In this document: one piece after another, positions 60,123 through 64,000 of the stretch | How the letters are laid out: each line of letters starts with the position of its first letter | How positions within the stretch are numbered: the first letter of the stretch is position 1 | NCBI GenBank assembly: GCA_965237955.1 | Contig: OZ250169.1 | Coordinates: 3,680,001-3,744,000 of the forward strand | Origin: Candidatus Marinacidobacterales bacterium | GTDB taxonomy: Bacteria; Acidobacteriota; Vicinamibacteria; Marinacidobacterales; SMYC01 | Length of the DNA stretch: 64,000 nucleotides | Direction: 5' to 3' | Made by a program: the position numbers and the translations under genes | Notes under the pieces: generated by a model | Told to the model about the DNA's origin: nothing | Database searches by the model: none | What the model saw: the letters and a program-made list of their open reading frames with translations, nothing else

Positions 60123-61319
60123 TTACCGTTCCCAGGGCATTCGAACCAAACTGCGATTGATCGAACCAAGGTTCGGCATTCCTGCCAGCCCCATGGAGAC
60201 GACCAGCTCGGCGCGCAGCATTTCCACCACCCGCTGCACGCCCACTTGACCGAAGGCCGCCAAACCCCAGACGTATGCCCGCCCGATCAGGACGGCCTTG
60301 GCGCCCAATGCCAGTGCTTTCAGAATATCGGCGCCTCTGCGGATGCCACTGTCGATCAGGACGGGAATCCTCCCATCCACCGCGTCCACGACTTCTCGCA
60401 AGGCCATCAGGGTCGGTACGGCTCCGTCGAGCGCCCGGCCCCCGTGGTTCGACACGATGATGGCCTGCGCGCCGTTGTCCACCGCCAGCGTCGCGTCTTC
60501 GGAGGTCAGAACGCCTTTGATGACCAGTGGAAGATCCGAGGCGCTGCGGAGCCAGTCGAGGTGATGCCAGGTCAGGCTCGGGCGGGTCGGCCGGAGCTCA
60601 CCGGGTCGTTGCGGGTAAAAGTGATTTCGGATGACGCGGTCCCGGTTCGGCGAGTACGGATGGTCCACCGTGACCGCCAAGGCTGTGCCCCCCGCTTCCT
60701 CGTGGCGCCGCGCCCAGCCCTGTGCCGTTGACTTCGTTGAATGGCCAAGGGTACTTGCCCACCAGACCGGGGCCTGCTCGGCTTGGTAGAGGTTGTCGAT
60801 CCAGGAAAGGGGACTGCTGATGCAGTAGATGGCCTTGCAGGCGTGGGCGCCCATGGCGGCCAACTTGTCCCCCTCCGGCACGATCCGGTTCTTGGTGGTG
60901 GGGTCCAGGAGGATGGGGAACTCCAGTTTGTGTCCCAGGAGCTCCAAGGACGTGTCGACCGTGCTGACGTCAACCATGACGCGCGGGCGCAACCATACGC
61001 GCCGGTACGCCTCCAAGTTGGCCCTCAGCGTCCATTCGTCCTCCGCGCCGCCGGCAACGTAGTTGTAGGTTGCATGGTCGAGGTTGCGCTTGGCGACCTC
61101 CTGGAACTCACGAACGTTGACCGGCCCCATTACCTTGTCACTGTGCTGAGGCGGATAGGTCCTCGGCCGCGGGACCTGGCGTTGGCTCTCGGCGAGCAGC
61201 GGCGAGGCGCCCGCAGTCAAGAACAACGTGGTCAGAAACTCGCGGCGACTTCGGTATCGCAGTCGGTCCACAAACCCGGGGCTGTGAGCTTTCTCGATTT
61301 GCTTGATTCTGTCAGTCAT
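60123..61319 (-). CDS. FMN-dependent alpha-hydroxy-acid dehydrogenase/oxidase with Tat-like signal
   Basis: SRREFL followed by a hydrophobic stretch; YNYVAGGAEDE, VIKGV, SNHGGR, DSGIRRGAD, IGR. Confidence 0.88.
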   Translation of the reverse strand: MTDRIKQIEKAHSPGFVDRLRYRSRREFLTTLFLTAGASPLLAESQRQVPRPRTYPPQHSDKVMGPVNVREFQEVAKRNLDHATYNYVAGGAEDEWTLRANLEAYRRVWLRPRVMVDVSTVDTSLELLGHKLEFPILLDPTTKNRIVPEGDKLAAMGAHACKAIYCISSPLSWIDNLYQAEQAPVWWASTLGHSTKSTAQGWARRHEEAGGTALAVTVDHPYSPNRDRVIRNHFYPQRPGELRPTRPSLTWHHLDWLRSASDLPLVIKGVLTSEDATLAVDNGAQAIIVSNHGGRALDGAVPTLMALREVVDAVDGRIPVLIDSGIRRGADILKALALGAKAVLIGRAYVWGLAAFGQVGVQRVVEMLRAELVVSMGLAGMPNLGSINRSLVRMPWER

Positions 61320-61359
61320 CGCTCCATTACCTTCGTTACAAACGCCGGCTCCACTTACC

Positions 61360-61923
61360 TCACCTGGACAAGAACGAGTGTGGCGTGTGACATCCAGCAC
61401 ACGACACGGTTGCGGTGCGCGCAGGCGGCTCGGAACACTCTGCCGGCAACATGGCGTGGCATCGCTTGCACTGGATCTCGATCGCCTTCCGCTCTCGCCG
61501 TTGGTGCACCCCATGGCAAGTCCCGCAGTGAGGAGCGCGCGTTCGGGACTGCTCCAACACGAGCTTTCCGTGTTGGCTCGCGGAATACTCCGTCAGAATC
61601 GAGTCCGGGCCTTCCCCCACGTGGCAGGCACCGCACAATGCCGGAACTTCATGAGGTGCGGCGATGCGGTCCGGCTCACTACCCCCGTCGGAATCGGCGT
61701 GGCGGATACTCTCTCCATGACAGACGTTGCACCTGATTCCCTGCTCGGCGTGCGGATGTGTGAAGAATTCGTCCACGGTAACACTGTGGCAGACCACGCA
61801 CACCGGACGCTGCGCGGAAGCTTCCTGCGGTGCCATCACGATCAGGATCAGGGCCGCCAGTCCCATTGCCAGCAGCCGGAGCCCGCGTGTCACGCATCGC
61901 CGCAGGCGCCCCTCGCCTTTCAT
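61360..61923 (-). CDS. Multiheme (6 x CxxCH) periplasmic cytochrome c
   Basis: CVVCH, CNVCH, CGACH, CGTCH, CKRCH, CAGCH; signal peptide ...LAALILIVMAPQEASA. Start is ATG 61923 (overlapping the upstream stop) or GTG 61893. Confidence 0.85.
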   Translation of the reverse strand: MKGEGRLRRCVTRGLRLLAMGLAALILIVMAPQEASAQRPVCVVCHSVTVDEFFTHPHAEQGIRCNVCHGESIRHADSDGGSEPDRIAAPHEVPALCGACHVGEGPDSILTEYSASQHGKLVLEQSRTRAPHCGTCHGVHQRRERKAIEIQCKRCHAMLPAECSEPPARTATVSCAGCHTPHSFLSR

Positions 61924-63158
61924 GGGGTCCAGGCTCGTCGAATCAGGCTCGGCTGGATCGATCGCAGATTCGCCATGCCGGCCAGGGCCATCGCAACCAT
62001 GAGCTCCCCTCGCAGTAACTCCGTCACCCGCTGCACGCCTTCCTGGCCGAACGCGCCCAATCCCCACAGGTACGGCCGCCCGATCAGAACCGCCGTGGCA
62101 CCAAGGCCCAACGCCTTCAAGACATCCCCGCCGCGGCGGATGCCACCATCCATCAACACGGGGACTCTCCCGCTGACGGCATCCACCACTTCTGGCAAAG
62201 CGTCCAAGCTTCCCAACATGCCGTCGAGGGCCCGTCCACCGTGATTGGACACGACCACGGCCTGCGCGCCGTGCTCGACCGCGAGCCGCGCGTCCTCGCC
62301 GGTCACGATACCTTTGACGACGACGGGCAACGGTGTGGCGCCATGAAGCCAGTTCAGGTACTCCCAGGTCATGCTCGGCGTGTATGGCTGTAGCATGCCA
62401 GCCTGAAAACCGTCATGGGGTGGTCCCGAGGTCGAGTAGACGCCCGTCCGGATCGACTCCAGGTCGAACTTGTTGCGATTATCGCGGTCGTGAACCCCCG
62501 TATACGGATAGTCCACGCTCACGCAGATGGCGGCGGTCCCGGAATCCTCGGCGCGCTTCGCGAATTCCTCAGCAGACGTCTGGGTGGGCTGTCCGAGCGT
62601 GGCCGCCCACCACGTGGGGGCCTCGCCTGCCTGGCTCATCTCGTTCATCGTGTCGAGAGCGCTCACGACGTAGATGGACTTGGTGTGGCGGGCGGCAAGA
62701 GCTGCGACGCGATCGCCGTCCGGATGCAGCAGTTGCTTTCCTCCAGCGGGAGCCAGGAGAATCGGATGCTCGAACTTCTGTCCCAGCAGCTCGAGTGACG
62801 TGTCCATGGCGCTGACGTCTTTCATCACTCGGCGGCGGATCCAGAAGCGTCCGAATGCATCACGGTTCGCCCCCAGTGTCAGCTCATCTGCTGCTCCGCC
62901 GGCGATATAGTCGTACGCCGCTTTGTTGATCGTCTTTTTTGCGGCCGTCTCGAACTCGTGGAGGTTGACCGGCGCCATGATTTCGTCGCGGTAGGTGGGC
63001 GGAGAGATGGTCTCGGGCCTTTCTCTCTCCTGGGAAGCCTGGCTCAGACCAGCCAGCGGCGAAGCCGCCATGAATGTGGCAAGGTGACCAAGAGCGGAGC
63101 GGCGTGTGGTGCTCGTGATCTTATTTTCAGCGGAGGCAACCTCCGACGCTTTTTTCAT
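61920..63158 (-). CDS. Second FMN-dependent alpha-hydroxy-acid dehydrogenase/oxidase with Tat-like signal
   Basis: TRRSALGHLATFMAASPLAG; YDYIAGG, VVKG, SNHGGR, DGGIRRG; AAGGAGG RBS before ATG 63158. Confidence 0.88.
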   Translation of the reverse strand: MKKASEVASAENKITSTTRRSALGHLATFMAASPLAGLSQASQERERPETISPPTYRDEIMAPVNLHEFETAAKKTINKAAYDYIAGGAADELTLGANRDAFGRFWIRRRVMKDVSAMDTSLELLGQKFEHPILLAPAGGKQLLHPDGDRVAALAARHTKSIYVVSALDTMNEMSQAGEAPTWWAATLGQPTQTSAEEFAKRAEDSGTAAICVSVDYPYTGVHDRDNRNKFDLESIRTGVYSTSGPPHDGFQAGMLQPYTPSMTWEYLNWLHGATPLPVVVKGIVTGEDARLAVEHGAQAVVVSNHGGRALDGMLGSLDALPEVVDAVSGRVPVLMDGGIRRGGDVLKALGLGATAVLIGRPYLWGLGAFGQEGVQRVTELLRGELMVAMALAGMANLRSIQPSLIRRAWTP

Positions 63159-63393
63159 CGTTTCCTCCTTCCGAGCGACGGCCACCCGAAAGATGATCGG
63201 CGAGGATTCTGAACGATGTATCCACGGGTGTCAAGCCATTCGCGACTAGAGTTTGGGATGCTTCAAGTGATGATGATCGGTCTTCGCCTGGAACACATGT
63301 GCCAGCAGCAGGATTTCCGGCTCACCAAAGAGCTTGCCCGTAAAGCCGATACGAATGACTCCCCCTTTCGATCCTCCACCGTTCAAGACCAAA

Positions 63394-64000
63394 TCACGGT
63401 ACTCTCGGTCGAATCGGCGCCTTGGCCGTCGTTATTTCAACGACGGCCGTCTGAAGGCCTGAAGACTCCGCGGTCAGCTGGATCACGCCGGGCTTCTTCG
63501 TCGCCTGGATGATGACCATGGCCAGGCCGTTGAAGGCGCTGCGCTTGTCCGCCTTGTCCGGCTCGTGGCTCGAGGGGTCCCCGTTCCCCACGCCGATAAT
63601 CTCCCCGGGGCCCTCTAGACTGAATTGCACCTCGTTCCCGGCGGTCGGCACGAACCGACCCTCTGCGTCGAGGATGCTGACTTTCACCAGGGAGACATCC
63701 TCGCCGTCCGCGTTGACGCTCGAGCGGTCGGGCTCGAGTGCTATGCCGGCTGGCTCCTCCGTCGTCTCTCGCCTGGTCTCGGCGACGACCTCTCCGTCCC
63801 GGTAGCACTTGGCTTGAAGGACTCCCGGCTCCCACTCGACCTTCCACGACAGGCTCGAGTACGGCTCCAGGTCTTTTTGTCCCTGGCTCTCCCCGTTGAG
63901 GAACAGCTCGACGCTCTCGCAGTTGCTATAGCACTGGACCTCGATCGTCCTGTCGCTCTCGTCTCTGTCCGCCCAGTTCCAGTGCGGGAATAGGTGAAGG
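63394..64000 (-). CDS. Glycoside hydrolase family 2 (beta-galactosidase-like), 3' part
   Basis: LHLFPHWNW, YSNCESVELFLNG, IIGVGNGDPSSHEPD, RSAFNGLA; runs off the window edge. Confidence 0.85.
   Translation of the reverse strand, partial: LHLFPHWNWADRDESDRTIEVQCYSNCESVELFLNGESQGQKDLEPYSSLSWKVEWEPGVLQAKCYRDGEVVAETRRETTEEPAGIALEPDRSSVNADGEDVSLVKVSILDAEGRFVPTAGNEVQFSLEGPGEIIGVGNGDPSSHEPDKADKRSAFNGLAMVIIQATKKPGVIQLTAESSGLQTAVVEITTAKAPIRPRVP

Overview
A GC-rich bacterial window; the gene style suggests Acidobacteriota or a similar lineage (inference only). It has four parts. (1) 1-11.7 kb is a mobile-element graveyard: an IS256 end, a DUF262 gene, transposase fragments, two group II intron remnants, a RIT-like end and an IS with ~104-bp inverted repeats, plus a TonB-dependent receptor broken by IS21, ISL3 and a +1 frameshift. 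(2) 12.1-44.1 kb holds eight secreted ~1050-1100-aa VPS10/sortilin-like (BNR/Asp-box) beta-propeller genes. Five are head-to-tail paralogues with a near-identical scaffold and short hypervariable loops in mosaic combinations, and the cluster is interleaved with amide/peptide-chemistry enzymes (NHL/PAL-like protein, PxpA remnant, acetamidase, GGT). (3) 44.6-60 kb is an operon: an atypical SdhA-like flavoprotein with a 2Fe-2S partner, an ndhFSLM-type split molybdenum hydroxylase and a Liv-type ABC importer interrupted by IS256 and a second IS21 copy. (4) 60-64 kb has two Tat-signal FMN alpha-hydroxy-acid dehydrogenases flanking a hexaheme cytochrome c, then the 3' end of a GH2 gene. No rRNA, tRNA or CRISPR array was seen. 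All family calls come from motif recognition by eye, not database searches.
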